DNA of 64,000 nucleotides from Wickerhamiella versatilis. Taxonomy: Eukaryota. Both the position numbers and the translations under genes were made by a program. The notes beneath the pieces were generated by a model. The model saw nothing but the letters and a program-made list of their open reading frames with translations, had not been told where the DNA came from and did not search any database. This document shows positions 32,301 through 43,163 of this stretch, one piece after another. How positions within the stretch are numbered: the stretch's first letter is position 1; each line of letters starts with the position of its first letter. The stretch lies in the NCBI GenBank assembly GCA_030867685.1, contig JAQOWU010000007.1:1674001-1738000 (forward strand). Reading direction: 5' to 3'.

Positions 32301-33494
32301 CTAAAGTTCCCATTTTTTGAATGTAGTTGAATCGCCCATGTCAGGCGGAAGAACAACAAGAGGCAGTCTGCAGCTAAATGATTCCGATTCTACCTGTCCC
32401 TTGGCACGAAGACCTGACTCAGTTTCCACCATTGCAGTTCCTACCAAGCCCACAAAGTCTAGGCGAAGCGACCAACTGGCTGAAACCTGCTCGGTATCCA
32501 ATCTAGGCGCAATGCTGGTTAGAGTAGGAAGATAAAGTGCCACTTGATCAAGTCCAAATGTAGCTATGCTTTGACGGGCATATGTCTGGTACGTATGCTG
32601 TGAACCTGCCGCAAAACCCTCCTCAATGGATTCACCCAGTTCAAGATGAGCCGTCAAATGAAGGCATGGGCGTGTCAGACACACTAATGCATTAAGAGAG
32701 TCACCAACTCTTATTCCAGCTCTGGCTAACTTTACTGTTGCGATAGGTTTGCCGGCCCAAGTAAGGTCAAAGACTACTTTGGAGCCAGTAGGTGTGTACC
32801 TTTGGACTAGTGACGATGCTCTGCGCCGATTTTGTAGGCTACCATCAAGCAGTTCATCAATATACGCGACCATATTTTCTCCGCTGTTAGACTCAACTGG
32901 CTCCGGCGCAACTCTAGGCTCCAATAAATTAAAACGGTAATCTGGTCCAAAGCTGAAGACTCTAAAGGGCAAAAAAAGCCTATGTGGGGTTGGCACTTGA
33001 GATTCAAGTCTATCAAAACCAATTACGAGTTGATATTGTATGCAAAGAGACTTCGAGCGATAAGTCGGCGGTAAGTCTAAAGGTAGCTGCAGTTCAAGCT
33101 CAAAAACATGCTTCTTTGACTTCTCTAACGAGGAAAACAAAAGTTTGGGGTTAGTACTGAACAGAGGATACTCTTTTTCATCCGCATAAGTTTCCTGGGG
33201 TTCAATCATGAGCTGTTTGAGCACGCCAAGTACGCCACGTACAATTCCATTCGCAGCGTGTAAGTTATTTGCGGTAGAGCCGTAATCGATGCCATTATGT
33301 CCCATCACAACTCCCTTGCGTGGCAATTCCGCAAATGGTTCTGGTAGCAGCATTTCACCAATACGGAATGACCCCTGTACAGCAGCATAACCACCAAGAA
33401 TAGTCTCATCTGACTCGGGTTTTATTTCAATCTTTGCATTCAGTTTGTCTCCGGCAAATAAATGAGGACCATTCAAGGCAGCTGCAACGAGCAT
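32301..33494 (-). CDS. RGP1: Rgp1 (Ric1-Rgp1 Ypt6 GEF subunit)
   Basis: FAGD.L...I, ETILGGYAAVQGSF, YPLFSTNPKLLF, LPLDLPPTYRSK...IQY.L.IG, SWSLRLDFV, ESFSCRLPLVV. Confidence 0.8.
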   Translation of the reverse strand: MLVAAALNGPHLFAGDKLNAKIEIKPESDETILGGYAAVQGSFRIGEMLLPEPFAELPRKGVVMGHNGIDYGSTANNLHAANGIVRGVLGVLKQLMIEPQETYADEKEYPLFSTNPKLLFSSLEKSKKHVFELELQLPLDLPPTYRSKSLCIQYQLVIGFDRLESQVPTPHRLFLPFRVFSFGPDYRFNLLEPRVAPEPVESNSGENMVAYIDELLDGSLQNRRRASSLVQRYTPTGSKVVFDLTWAGKPIATVKLARAGIRVGDSLNALVCLTRPCLHLTAHLELGESIEEGFAAGSQHTYQTYARQSIATFGLDQVALYLPTLTSIAPRLDTEQVSASWSLRLDFVGLVGTAMVETESGLRAKGQVESESFSCRLPLVVLPPDMGDSTTFKKWEL

Positions 33495-33783
33495 CCTGGG
33501 GATCTTGGTAAGCAAAAACAGGTGCTCAACCTATCATTATAACGAATAATCCATCAGTAGAGATGCCGTGTGGCTTGTTTTTTTAAATAATTCATTTAAT
33601 TCATTCCTCTATATCTTCATTTTTATGGCTCTGACACACATCATTCTTGAGATAGATATTGCAGACCACACTCTCCTAACCAAAGGTTAACTGTAAAATA
33701 AAGAATTCTATATATGAATACAAAAGCACGCAGCGCTCCTTTTTTTTAGTATGCAACTGACCTGGGAGATTCAGAGATAGTAA

Positions 33784-35742
33784 TTACATTCGATAGATAT
33801 CGAGTCGATCTTTTGCAGCAGTAATGCGCATGTTGATACGAGTACTCAATTCATAATCGCCTTCCCAGTCTTCCGCTACCTTAAGCCAGTAGCGAACCTT
33901 TTTATGTGCCGAACTACCTTTGATAGCCCATTCATATATCGCCTTTTCGTAAATTGCAACAGGACCGGCCCATGGCTCTTTCTGTAAATGGTATTGGATG
34001 GTACCAGGGCTAATTGTAACAACAGACGGTAGAATCTCATCAAGAAGCTCAGCTCCCTCTTCCGCCTGTTGATTGTAGCGCATATAGATTGCCGTCATCA
34101 GCTTTCGAGTAAAGATCTCTGGCTCTGGTTCCTCAAACTTGCCATGACGAGAGTAATCCAGTGCCTTTATCGATTTTGCAACTAGGTTTTGGGGCATTCT
34201 CGAATGGCCTCCCCAAAAATACATTGCTTCGTACAGAAGTGAGGTGCCCACGGCATCAGCTATGTGCAGATTGAGTGCTTTTGCTCTTTTCTCGATCGTT
34301 TCTACCTTGCGGACAACAAACTGGTCGAAAGGCATCGTACGCGCAAGGAATTTTTTCTTGCCTATTGCTCGACGAGCCTCGTAAAGGAACTCACCGGCAC
34401 GCTCTTTGCTCTCCATCCCTTCTGCGGTCTCAGGGCTGTTCCGATATATCTCAAGCTGGCAAGCACCTGCCATGTACAGATAGAGTGCATGCGACCATGT
34501 ACTCAGATCCATAAGTTCTACAAAGCTTTCCGTAGATTCCTTTAGTCGATGGAGACTTAACAACATATTGGTACGATCAAACACCAGTAGTCCTTCCACC
34601 TGGCGCATTTGGTTAGGTCCACATTCCTTGCTTTCCAATATCTCGACTCCTTTGACCAGATCGTCCTTGGCTACCATCCGTCCATCTTGTAAAAGCCAGA
34701 GCACACCATGGGGATAGTACTTCCGGGTACGTTGAAGCGCTTTTGTAAGCTTGATTTTAGTTGCACGAAGATCTGCTGGCGTCATTACATTTGTCGTTTT
34801 CGTATCGAGGTCAGCAGCTGTCTCATACTTTTTGGAAATTTCGTCCTCCTCTTCACGTGGTAACGTCAAATCTCGGTATTGAAGAGGACCATCAAAGAAT
34901 TGCAAGAGCGCAAGCAGAGCAAGAGACGAATGGATATTGGTAAAATCTTGAAGTGCGGTCCACAACATTTGCAATGCTACCTCTCTGTTCCCCTTGAATC
35001 CGAGGACATTGAGAATCACTTTGGCAAAATTTGGTGGCACCATAGATATAATCAATTGGATAAGACCATCACATGCCTTTACACCGCTCACTAGATATTC
35101 ATCAAAGGTGGTTTCTGGATAGACATCAAGCTCAAGGGTCTTATCATAGCTTTTGAATCGGTTCTTGCGAAGGGTTCTATAGTTCTTAAGCTTTTCCGGC
35201 AAATCATCGAAAATCTCATGAACTGGCTCTTTAGCATCTTTTTGTGCTTCCATATGCTTGCGCAATTCCTCAAGTGCGAGGTAAGTTTTACGGAGTTTAT
35301 ATAGAGCCTTGATAGTATCGATCTTGGACTCTGTAACAAGCATGGCGACGGCACACATTAATCCAGTCTCTATCTGAACAAGTTCGCATTCTGCTCCGGC
35401 ACGAAATTTCGAGAATCTTAGCCCACTCCTCTGACTCTCGTTCAAGTGCTGACCAGCTACGTCGCTAGCAAAGGATAACGTGTGAATAGCGCGTTGAATA
35501 GCATCTTGTTCAAATGAGGTAGTCGCCTCAATAAAATGGAGAACACCGCGCGCTATATACCCATACATGGAATCCATATTCGCTAGAACCTCATTAGCCT
35601 TGTCGATTTGCCCATCCATTACGAGATCCATAGTACCAAGGGCACGTTCAAGCTCTGAAGCTTCCTCGATGGCTTTCATTCCATCCTCTTTACTGGCCGC
35701 ATCGTGAGAATTACGCCTTTTTGAACCAAGAAACCGGAACAT
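33784..35742 (-). CDS. IML2: Iml2/TTC39-family TPR protein
   Basis: FIEAT..FE, KALYKLRKTY, LGFKGNRE, WSHALYLYMAG, MPFDQFVVRK, DYELSTR..M.I. Confidence 0.88.
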   Translation of the reverse strand: MFRFLGSKRRNSHDAASKEDGMKAIEEASELERALGTMDLVMDGQIDKANEVLANMDSMYGYIARGVLHFIEATTSFEQDAIQRAIHTLSFASDVAGQHLNESQRSGLRFSKFRAGAECELVQIETGLMCAVAMLVTESKIDTIKALYKLRKTYLALEELRKHMEAQKDAKEPVHEIFDDLPEKLKNYRTLRKNRFKSYDKTLELDVYPETTFDEYLVSGVKACDGLIQLIISMVPPNFAKVILNVLGFKGNREVALQMLWTALQDFTNIHSSLALLALLQFFDGPLQYRDLTLPREEEDEISKKYETAADLDTKTTNVMTPADLRATKIKLTKALQRTRKYYPHGVLWLLQDGRMVAKDDLVKGVEILESKECGPNQMRQVEGLLVFDRTNMLLSLHRLKESTESFVELMDLSTWSHALYLYMAGACQLEIYRNSPETAEGMESKERAGEFLYEARRAIGKKKFLARTMPFDQFVVRKVETIEKRAKALNLHIADAVGTSLLYEAMYFWGGHSRMPQNLVAKSIKALDYSRHGKFEEPEPEIFTRKLMTAIYMRYNQQAEEGAELLDEILPSVVTISPGTIQYHLQKEPWAGPVAIYEKAIYEWAIKGSSAHKKVRYWLKVAEDWEGDYELSTRINMRITAAKDRLDIYRM

Positions 35743-36103
35743 CTATGGTGCCGATAATACTTTGTCAGCCGCAGCACTAGAAGCTCGGTCCCATGATGCA
35801 GTCGGTAAGTCTGCCCAGAGGACAAAAAAAATTGTTACTCTCTTTAGAAGAACTCCAGCGGGAAATTTAATGTGTATCTAGGAAGTATGAAGCTATGAAT
35901 GACGTGTTTTATATTTCATACCCTGCGGGCTTTATCACCACCTATTTTTAGTTATTGTAAGATATCGGTACCGTTAGCTTTCAATCTGGTTTTCCGTCAT
36001 CAAAAATACATAAATGAAAAAAATCAGTTGTGACAATTTGGCATTGATAAGGCACTGACCACCACAATCAGTTAAAATACGTATGAGAAACAAAAAAGGA
36101 GTA

Positions 36104-36183
36104 TACCCCCGGCGGGACTCGAACCCGCAACCCCCAGATTCACCTCATAGAAGTCTGGTGCGCTGCCATTGCGCCACGAGGAT
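36104..36183 (-). tRNA. tRNA-Arg (UCU) with 8-nt intron
   Basis: ATCCTCG TG GCGC AATGGCA GCGC A CCAGA CTTCTA [TGAGGTGA] A TCTGG GGGTT GCGGG TTCGAGT CCCGC CGGGGGT A; all stems pair (two G-U in the acceptor stem); T6 terminator downstream. Confidence 0.93.
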
Positions 36184-36186
36184 TTT

Positions 36187-36254
36187 GCATACCGCCCGGA
36201 TTCGAACACATGACACTGCACTGCTTGAACGTCAGCACCACAGGCCAGAAATTT
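36187..36254 (-). other. Degenerate tRNA-like Pol III promoter unit (A-box-like plus perfect B box) abutting tRNA-Arg
   Basis: Minus strand TGGCCTGTGG (36247-36238) and GTTCGAATCC (36207-36198); the T-stem does not pair. Confidence 0.55.
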
Positions 36255-36375
36255 GATAATAAAGGTGCGCAAAATGTACTTTATCAGCAAGCAATACCTT
36301 TTCTGACCAGACTGTGAAATTAACCTGCACATCTATTGAAGTAAGCATAAAAATATTGATACTGTCATACATAGC

Positions 36376-37299
36376 CTAAAGTTCTTCTCTAAAGAGAACA
36401 TTAAGACTGAGCAACTTCTTAAATGAGTCCTTGATAATGTTAGAAGCATCAGTTGCTTGGCGCGACAATCGATGCTTAAGCGGCTCTTTCTTGGACCCAT
36501 AGACGAATTCGTTATAGCTCTCCCTTGCAGCTGTAACCAATTCGTCCTTTGTGCCTTGGACATGTCCTCCGAATTCGGTCACGAAATCCTTAAGATCATC
36601 AACACTCCATTTGTCAAAACTGTGGGCATCACGCCACTTACCAAAGCTCCTCGCCAGATCACGACCTTTCTCTTCACCCTCCTTCAGCCCTTCATGGTAT
36701 GATAGCCACAATCGCTCGGCAAGCTGCTTTCTAGTGCCCTCGATATCCTTACCAAGGTTCCCTAGTGTCTCAGCCAATTCCTCTTTCGACCAGCTATCGA
36801 ACCAGAACTTTCCAGCGGGGACGGATGGCAGACTTTCTTTGAACTGGGAGATTTTCTTTAAGAGTTCTTCTCGGGACGGTGCTTGGGGCAACTGAATGCC
36901 TCTCGCATCGAGAAATTCCTTAAGTCGTGATTCACTCCAAAATTCACCAAGCGTACCTGCAGTAGTTTCGTAGAATTCCTTACCCTTGTTGAGAATTGCT
37001 TTGGAAGACTCATGCCCCGCCGCAGCATAGTCCTTGATATCCTGGAGTAGTAAGTCCTTGTTCTTGGTGGCTACCGAGAGCAATTCATCACTGCTCTTGG
37101 GAACAGTCAATCCATGGCTCTCAACCCAGCTCCTTAGCGACTCTGGATCCCAGCTTTCGATAACTGCATCTTTCACGTGCCCGGCAGTGTCCAATACCTC
37201 ATAGCCAATGCTCTCGAGGTTTTTTTTAATCTTCTCGGCTTGAGGCTCTTCCAAAAATACTAGAGCCTGGCAAACAGCAATCAAACTTAGGATTCTCAT
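36376..37299 (-). CDS. MSC1: Ish1/Msc1-family stress-responsive nuclear-envelope/ER-lumen protein
   Basis: Signal peptide; repeated Ish1 motifs (ESWDPESLRSWVESHG, FWSESRLKEFLDARGI, FDSWSKEEL, FDKWSVDDLK); ends in REEL. Confidence 0.75.
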   Translation of the reverse strand: MRILSLIAVCQALVFLEEPQAEKIKKNLESIGYEVLDTAGHVKDAVIESWDPESLRSWVESHGLTVPKSSDELLSVATKNKDLLLQDIKDYAAAGHESSKAILNKGKEFYETTAGTLGEFWSESRLKEFLDARGIQLPQAPSREELLKKISQFKESLPSVPAGKFWFDSWSKEELAETLGNLGKDIEGTRKQLAERLWLSYHEGLKEGEEKGRDLARSFGKWRDAHSFDKWSVDDLKDFVTEFGGHVQGTKDELVTAARESYNEFVYGSKKEPLKHRLSRQATDASNIIKDSFKKLLSLNVLFREEL

Positions 37300-37827
37300 T
37301 TCAAAGTATTTTATTTGGCAGAAACTTCGTAATTCCAGCAGCTGGGGCAACGTTTGTAGGGTTAGGTTAATAACTTCGATGGAGGTCTTTGCGCAATTGA
37401 TTTAGCAAGTTGGAGTTGATTGATTGCGTGTAGAAATCGCAAGCTCGAATATTTCTTGAAAGGAATCGTAATACCTATATACATCTTCCGCTTGATTTTA
37501 AGCATTTTTCTACTCCGAAGCACTATAGCTGTAATTAACCTATTCAACGTATATTTAGATACCGCACGTGCCTATTTGTGACTGTATTTAATATTAGCTT
37601 ATGCTCAATGCCTTTGAGATACTCGTTGACTATTTGGGGTCAATGCACTAGGCGTCTATGAAATATTTCCAGAAAAAACTAAATACAACTCTTCTAATAA
37701 TCTGAAATCAAGATGAATTTTGGATTTAAGACATGATTATGGCCCACATGATGACAACTGCTAGCTAGCTGGCTCGCAGTCGAACTAGTGTGCCATGCCA
37801 ATGTGGTCCTTTAGTAATAATTAGAAA

Positions 37828-38391
37828 ATGTCTCTTGGTAGCATCGGTGGCTTCCCAACGCCGGGAGGTGCTGGCGAGCAAAGCTACTGGGACATGACGC
37901 CTGAGCAGCAGGCCATGGTTAGTGCCCAAGCCATGGTAAATGCGATGCAATCCTGCCCAGGAAAGTTGGTGATGTCGGGAGTTACAGGTTTCGGATTGGG
38001 AGGTGTCATTGGTATCTTTATGGCGAGTATGGCCTATGATAGTAGTTTCAGTTCTGACGAGGCGCGTAGGATCTCCTCGCTTCCCTTTCGGCAGCAGATG
38101 AAGGTACAGTTCACTGATATGGGTAAACGGTCCTGGTCTAGTGCAAAAAGCTTCGGCAAGATTGGGGGTATATTTAGTGGTGTTGAGTGTGTCATTGAAT
38201 CATTAAGAGCAAAATCGGACATTTATAATGGTGTCTGGGCTGGCGCTCTCACCGGTGGCGGACTTGCACTTCGCCAAGGTCCCCAAGCTGCTGCATTGGG
38301 TGCAGGAGGCTTTGCCTTGTTCTCCATTGCCATTGAAGCGTATTTGAACCGAGACCATGTGTTGCCACCTACGACTGATGAGTATGAATAG
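37828..38391 (+). CDS. TIM22: Mitochondrial inner-membrane translocase Tim22
   Basis: MQSCPGKLVMSGVTGFGLGG..GIFMASMAYD, QFTDMGKRSWSSAKSFG, ECVIESLRAKSDIYNG. Confidence 0.97.
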   Translation: MSLGSIGGFPTPGGAGEQSYWDMTPEQQAMVSAQAMVNAMQSCPGKLVMSGVTGFGLGGVIGIFMASMAYDSSFSSDEARRISSLPFRQQMKVQFTDMGKRSWSSAKSFGKIGGIFSGVECVIESLRAKSDIYNGVWAGALTGGGLALRQGPQAAALGAGGFALFSIAIEAYLNRDHVLPPTTDEYE

Positions 38392-38602
38392 ATAAGAATG
38401 TCGGCTGGGCCTGTTTTGCACCTCAACCTGAAACTCTGTACATAGATAGTTAATTTAGCTAGTTTACGCTGTTGTTTCCAAAAATACTATTAAGATCGTT
38501 GTTTTTTTTCGTTAAATGTCTATACTTTGTCTTTATGCTATCATCAGAATTTCATCACAGTTTAAAAATGAATGCTGGGTCGGCTGACTAGCTGGAGGAG
38601 TA

Positions 38603-41600
38603 CTAAAGTGCCTGCAAACGCTCTGCAGCTTGCACATCTATAGAATGCCAGCCTTTGATCAATACATCAAGCAACTCCTTGTCCACTGATACCCCATACT
38701 GAGACATTTCCTCCAATACCAACGGGGTATCTTTCACTCGGTCATTTACGACGTATGTTTCAAGCAAAGCCTTAAAAATTCGTCTATCAGGCTTCACCCT
38801 GCTGTTCTTCACAAGACCTCGGTAGAATGACACGGCCGAGTCAAAGTCGCGGAGCAGGACTCCACGGGCCCACAGGAGCGCAGCGAAACAACGGGTTGAA
38901 AAAGGCGCACCGTCTTCTTTCATGATGCTCAAAACATTATCCGCCTTATCGAGATTTGGTGATTCTAAAAGCCACGCTTCGATGAGCAACCGGTAGGTAT
39001 GCACACTTGGCGAACAACCCGAACGTCGCAGTCTATCAAATGTTATCAATGCATTGTCACGGTCTTTTGCCGTATGGACGTAGTATTGCATGAGCATATT
39101 AAAGGGTGCAACACGAGGCACATAAGAATCCTGGCTTTCCATCTCTCGGAAAAACTTGTGGGCACTCTCGATATCATGTGCTCGACAAGATGCAGCAATC
39201 ATAGTGCCATAAGTGACGCTTGTCTTGGGGACACCTAATGTGTCCATTTCTTGCCACAGCATGTGGAGCTCAGGATCACGACGTGCCCGAGCCAGTTTGG
39301 CCAAGACAACATTATATAGAAATGTATTTGGCATCACCGCATGAGACCTGGCTTCATTAAAAAGTTGGACAGCAGATGAGATATTCCCTGTGCCATATTG
39401 AATCAACTGGGCATAGGAGGTAGCTGATGGGTGACTGCCCAAGTCCAAGAGTTTACTGTGAGCTTGCTGGGCAAGCGAAAAATCATACTGGGCTACATGC
39501 TCCACGATAGAGTCCAGTACGGGAATCCACCAGGTCGCATCACTCGGTAATATCCTTTGTTCCAGCATCTCGATTATGGGGCCCATTGGGACTTTCTGAT
39601 GTGCACAACTTTCAATAATGTTAGATACGTCATTCGTTGAAGGTATGACACCCCTCAGTAGATCTCGCTGCAATGACTCCACAGCTAGATCTATACCATT
39701 ATTAGTGTTTGCGTATCCAACAGCCTCCGGGATATCGGTGGTCTGCTTTTCAATGTTTGGGGAAGCTATCCGTTCAGCCCATAACCTCTGCAGTGCGTAT
39801 TCAGCATCAAGCAGATCCAGGGCATGACCGACATTTGCCCCCTCTTCTGTGGTGATCGGAATATTCCTAGAGATGCAGTCTTCAACAAACAAAGGAAAGA
39901 CAGCACTAAGCTGTTTCACCTCCTCGACTGGCAATGAGAGTCCCAGCCTTGTTTCAGCATCCAAGACCCATTTAGCCTGAACACACACCAATGCAAGGAG
40001 CTCTGAATCAGAAAGCACAAGCCGGCCTGGAGAATAACTGCGGGCTTCCCATATAGGTTTAAAAATGGACGTACGCGAATCAAAGCCCTCCGTCACAAAA
40101 GGTACTTGTGCTAGTTGTGCAGCTACATCCAAAGAGATACTGCCCTGTGACTGAAACGCCCGCACTAAGCGCCCCAGGATCTCAGCCCCTGCATAGCTTT
40201 TCACATCTAACGCCCGCCACTGTTCGTCAAGTTGGCGACCTTGCCAGACGAAGATGTCAGCAGCTAATAGAGGTTCATTAAAAGAAACAAGAGACTCACA
40301 TACTACTATCAATGTCGCTGGGTCCCATAGAGCCTTGGCAAGATGTGACTCCTTCACCCCAATCATCAACGCATCTGTGTCGTCCCTAGCTAATCTCAAA
40401 AATGCGCACCGCGATTTGTTCGAGACACTTTCAGGGTGATCAACAACTAGCTTTTCAAATAGTGCCACAGCCGATCCCACCTGGTCAGAATCGTCGGTAG
40501 CATTCTCCAGGCACTTATTCAACTGGATACCTGTGGCTTGACCCTGCTCGGCCCAACGAAGGGCTGTAGCTAACAATCCTGACGAGGCGAATCCGATGAG
40601 GATATCATCCAGCAGCTCTAGAGGTGCTCCTTTGTTCGCAAACTCGGCCATTGCAAGTTCGGGCTTACCTAGGCGAAAAGCCGTCCTAATATAATCAACA
40701 GGATTATTTCCGTCATAAATTTCTTGCAATTCTTCAGCGCTTTCGCAAACCAAGATCTGGGCGGATCCCACGCAATGCCTCAAAGATCGTGCCTCAGCTA
40801 TCATTGAGTGTGCCACCAATGAGTTGAATAGTCTTAGTGCAACTTCATGATCAAAGTTCGTTGAATCAACACTGGTACTTGCTTCAAAGATCTCCACGGC
40901 CAATTTAAGATGGTCCTCAACGCAGAGGGTCTCCCATGCCTCATCAGCACTCTCTAATGATTTAGCTGGTCCTAGTAAACGCTCGAGCTCCTTTCTCTTG
41001 CTTGAGAGTCTCTCAGCAGCCTCAACAAGTGCATTGATAACAATATTATACGTCTCAAGGTCCGGCACCACACCGCGGCTCAACACACGGCTGTAAACCT
41101 CAAGAACAACAGTAGCATCCTGCAATTCTGCAGCACCAAGAGCTGAGAGGGACTGCATTACACAATTATAGATCCCCACAGGTATATCCTTGTCAGACTT
41201 TCGCTCTAGCTCTTCAAAGGCGTTGAGTACAGCATCGTGCTGGCCAGCCTCTTCCATTGCTCGGAACGCTACAAGCGTTGCATCGTTCCCTAGATCAGCA
41301 ACCTCTTCACTGGTCAAATTTTCGTTCTCAGAGCCCCCCTTATATGAATCAGAAGTCTCCTTTAACCCGGCTATTGAATTTTTTCCTCGACTAGGAATGA
41401 ACGGAGCTTTCTTTGTCCGATCCTTCTCGTATCTTTCTTCGTCTAAAATAGACGATGTCGACGAATACTGAATGCTAGGGCAGCATTTGATCTTTAGTCC
41501 CTGGGATTTCCCGCTGTTCGCCCGAGCACCTCCGGCGTACGGCCCAACCTGACGATGTTGCCGTTGGAACTGAGGTGTCGAAACAAAAAACGATGGAACA

Positions 41601-41680
41601 GGCTGGTTGGCACTACCCCCTCCCCACAGATTTTTAACAGCAGAGGCTGATCTCTGTACTGAGGATGCTTTAAACACCAT
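38603..41680 (-). CDS. Large mitochondrial pentatricopeptide-repeat protein (Ppr5/Rpm2-like)
   Basis: Tandem PPR motifs PSATSYAQLI, PNTFLYNVVL, KTSVTYGTMI, PRVAPFNMLM, PSVHTYRLLI; basic S/A-rich N-terminus. Confidence 0.85.
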   Translation of the reverse strand: MVFKASSVQRSASAVKNLWGGGSANQPVPSFFVSTPQFQRQHRQVGPYAGGARANSGKSQGLKIKCCPSIQYSSTSSILDEERYEKDRTKKAPFIPSRGKNSIAGLKETSDSYKGGSENENLTSEEVADLGNDATLVAFRAMEEAGQHDAVLNAFEELERKSDKDIPVGIYNCVMQSLSALGAAELQDATVVLEVYSRVLSRGVVPDLETYNIVINALVEAAERLSSKRKELERLLGPAKSLESADEAWETLCVEDHLKLAVEIFEASTSVDSTNFDHEVALRLFNSLVAHSMIAEARSLRHCVGSAQILVCESAEELQEIYDGNNPVDYIRTAFRLGKPELAMAEFANKGAPLELLDDILIGFASSGLLATALRWAEQGQATGIQLNKCLENATDDSDQVGSAVALFEKLVVDHPESVSNKSRCAFLRLARDDTDALMIGVKESHLAKALWDPATLIVVCESLVSFNEPLLAADIFVWQGRQLDEQWRALDVKSYAGAEILGRLVRAFQSQGSISLDVAAQLAQVPFVTEGFDSRTSIFKPIWEARSYSPGRLVLSDSELLALVCVQAKWVLDAETRLGLSLPVEEVKQLSAVFPLFVEDCISRNIPITTEEGANVGHALDLLDAEYALQRLWAERIASPNIEKQTTDIPEAVGYANTNNGIDLAVESLQRDLLRGVIPSTNDVSNIIESCAHQKVPMGPIIEMLEQRILPSDATWWIPVLDSIVEHVAQYDFSLAQQAHSKLLDLGSHPSATSYAQLIQYGTGNISSAVQLFNEARSHAVMPNTFLYNVVLAKLARARRDPELHMLWQEMDTLGVPKTSVTYGTMIAASCRAHDIESAHKFFREMESQDSYVPRVAPFNMLMQYYVHTAKDRDNALITFDRLRRSGCSPSVHTYRLLIEAWLLESPNLDKADNVLSIMKEDGAPFSTRCFAALLWARGVLLRDFDSAVSFYRGLVKNSRVKPDRRIFKALLETYVVNDRVKDTPLVLEEMSQYGVSVDKELLDVLIKGWHSIDVQAAERLQAL

Positions 41681-41864
41681 CTTGCATTTCTTAGATCTGG
41701 GGAAACTGCTAGGTGACTAATTAAAAAGTTTCAGTTATCCTCCGACCGGGTCGCCACTTTTTATCAGATTAGTCAGTTATATCAAGCTCTTAGACATCGA
41801 TAGATCCATCTCCGAGAATGTTATACTCTGTGAGACACAATTAATTAGAACTAGGGAAACTACA

Positions 41865-43163
41865 TTATACAATAGCATAGGAACGACGGAACTTGTCGTC
41901 GATTTTAGTGAGGTAGTAGGTACCCTTCTCGAGGTGGTCAATCGAGCCAGTGGGCTCGAAGTTCTTCTTCAAATGGGCATTTTCACGCGTCTTGATCGCC
42001 GCCTCGTAGCCCTCAGGAGAAACCTTCTTCCGATTATCAAGAACGTGCTTCAAATCAGTCTCGGCGACTATGTCCGAGTAGTCACCTGCAACGCGGATGC
42101 TGTAAAAAGTTGCAGCTAGACCACTTCCGTAAGAGAACATGGAGATACGACTACCAACGGGTAATTTTTCAGGGTTGAAGGCCAGGACAGACGCCAAGCT
42201 CAGGTATAGAGATCCACTGTAAACGTTACCAACATTGGTGCTGGCATAGAGACCTGGATTGAGACGGGTCTTGGCAGCCTCCTTTGTGATACCAACAAAA
42301 GTCTTCTCAACGTTCTTGTCAGTCAAGGATTGCTCATAGCTCAAATTCTTAATCTCCTCAGGTACTTCAAATGGCTTCCCAGCAAGGTAGTCATTGTAGG
42401 CGAGGCGGCCAAAGCTCTTCGTCACCAATTTGCAAGTGGGCACATGGAACGCCGAGGCCTTGAAGTCATCCAACCGCAAACCGGCCTTCTTGACGAAATG
42501 CCTATAAGAATAGTCAAGGGCCTGGGTGTAGCACGTCAGGGAGAAGTGGCCATCAACAACTGGGTACTCAGAAGTGAAATCAGGCTTGTAAAAGTCGTAG
42601 GCATGGGACATGTAACTGCCGTGCTTGGGCTCAACAACCAGCGGGGCGTCCGGACCCACGACCATGGCGATACAACCGCAGCCTCCGGTGGGGCGCGCAG
42701 CACCCTCAGCGTAAATGGCGATATCACCGCATACAACGATAGCATCGCGGCCATCCCAGCTTGAGCTGTCAACCCAGTTAACTGCATTGAAAAGAGCATT
42801 AGTACCACCGTAGCAGGCGTTGTAGGTATCGACACCCTCAATATCAGTATTGTCGCCAAAAAGCTGCATGAGGACGGTCTTCACAGATTTCGCCTTGTCG
42901 AGAAGCGTCTCAGTGCCTACCTCAAGACGGCCGATTTTCGAGGTGTCTATCTTGTGCTTGGCGATAAGCCTGCTGAGAGCAGTGAGGGCGATCGAATACA
43001 TATCCTCACGGTCGTTTGTGAAGGCCATGCGTGTTTGACCCAAGCCGATGGTAAACTTTCCTGGGGCGACTCCAGAAGCCTGTTCAAGTTCAGCTTGATC
43101 AACATATTGTGTAGGTACATAGACCTCTATGGCTTTTATACCGATGTTTTGTGGACGCGACAT
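41865..43163 (-). CDS. ERG13: HMG-CoA synthase
   Basis: [59 protein letters not shown]; strong codon bias. Confidence 0.99.
   Translation of the reverse strand: MSRPQNIGIKAIEVYVPTQYVDQAELEQASGVAPGKFTIGLGQTRMAFTNDREDMYSIALTALSRLIAKHKIDTSKIGRLEVGTETLLDKAKSVKTVLMQLFGDNTDIEGVDTYNACYGGTNALFNAVNWVDSSSWDGRDAIVVCGDIAIYAEGAARPTGGCGCIAMVVGPDAPLVVEPKHGSYMSHAYDFYKPDFTSEYPVVDGHFSLTCYTQALDYSYRHFVKKAGLRLDDFKASAFHVPTCKLVTKSFGRLAYNDYLAGKPFEVPEEIKNLSYEQSLTDKNVEKTFVGITKEAAKTRLNPGLYASTNVGNVYSGSLYLSLASVLAFNPEKLPVGSRISMFSYGSGLAATFYSIRVAGDYSDIVAETDLKHVLDNRKKVSPEGYEAAIKTRENAHLKKNFEPTGSIDHLEKGTYYLTKIDDKFRRSYAIV

Noticed and set aside
36195-36245. Possible tRNA-Sec or opal suppressor (TTCAA inside a TGCT/AGCA hairpin)
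   Set aside because: No pairing T-stem or extended acceptor stem, and the loop geometry is wrong; kept only as a degenerate A/B-box unit.
37748-37754. Box C-like ATGATGA upstream of TIM22 (possible snoRNA)
   Set aside because: No box D at a suitable distance before the CDS, and no terminal stem or rRNA guide recognised.
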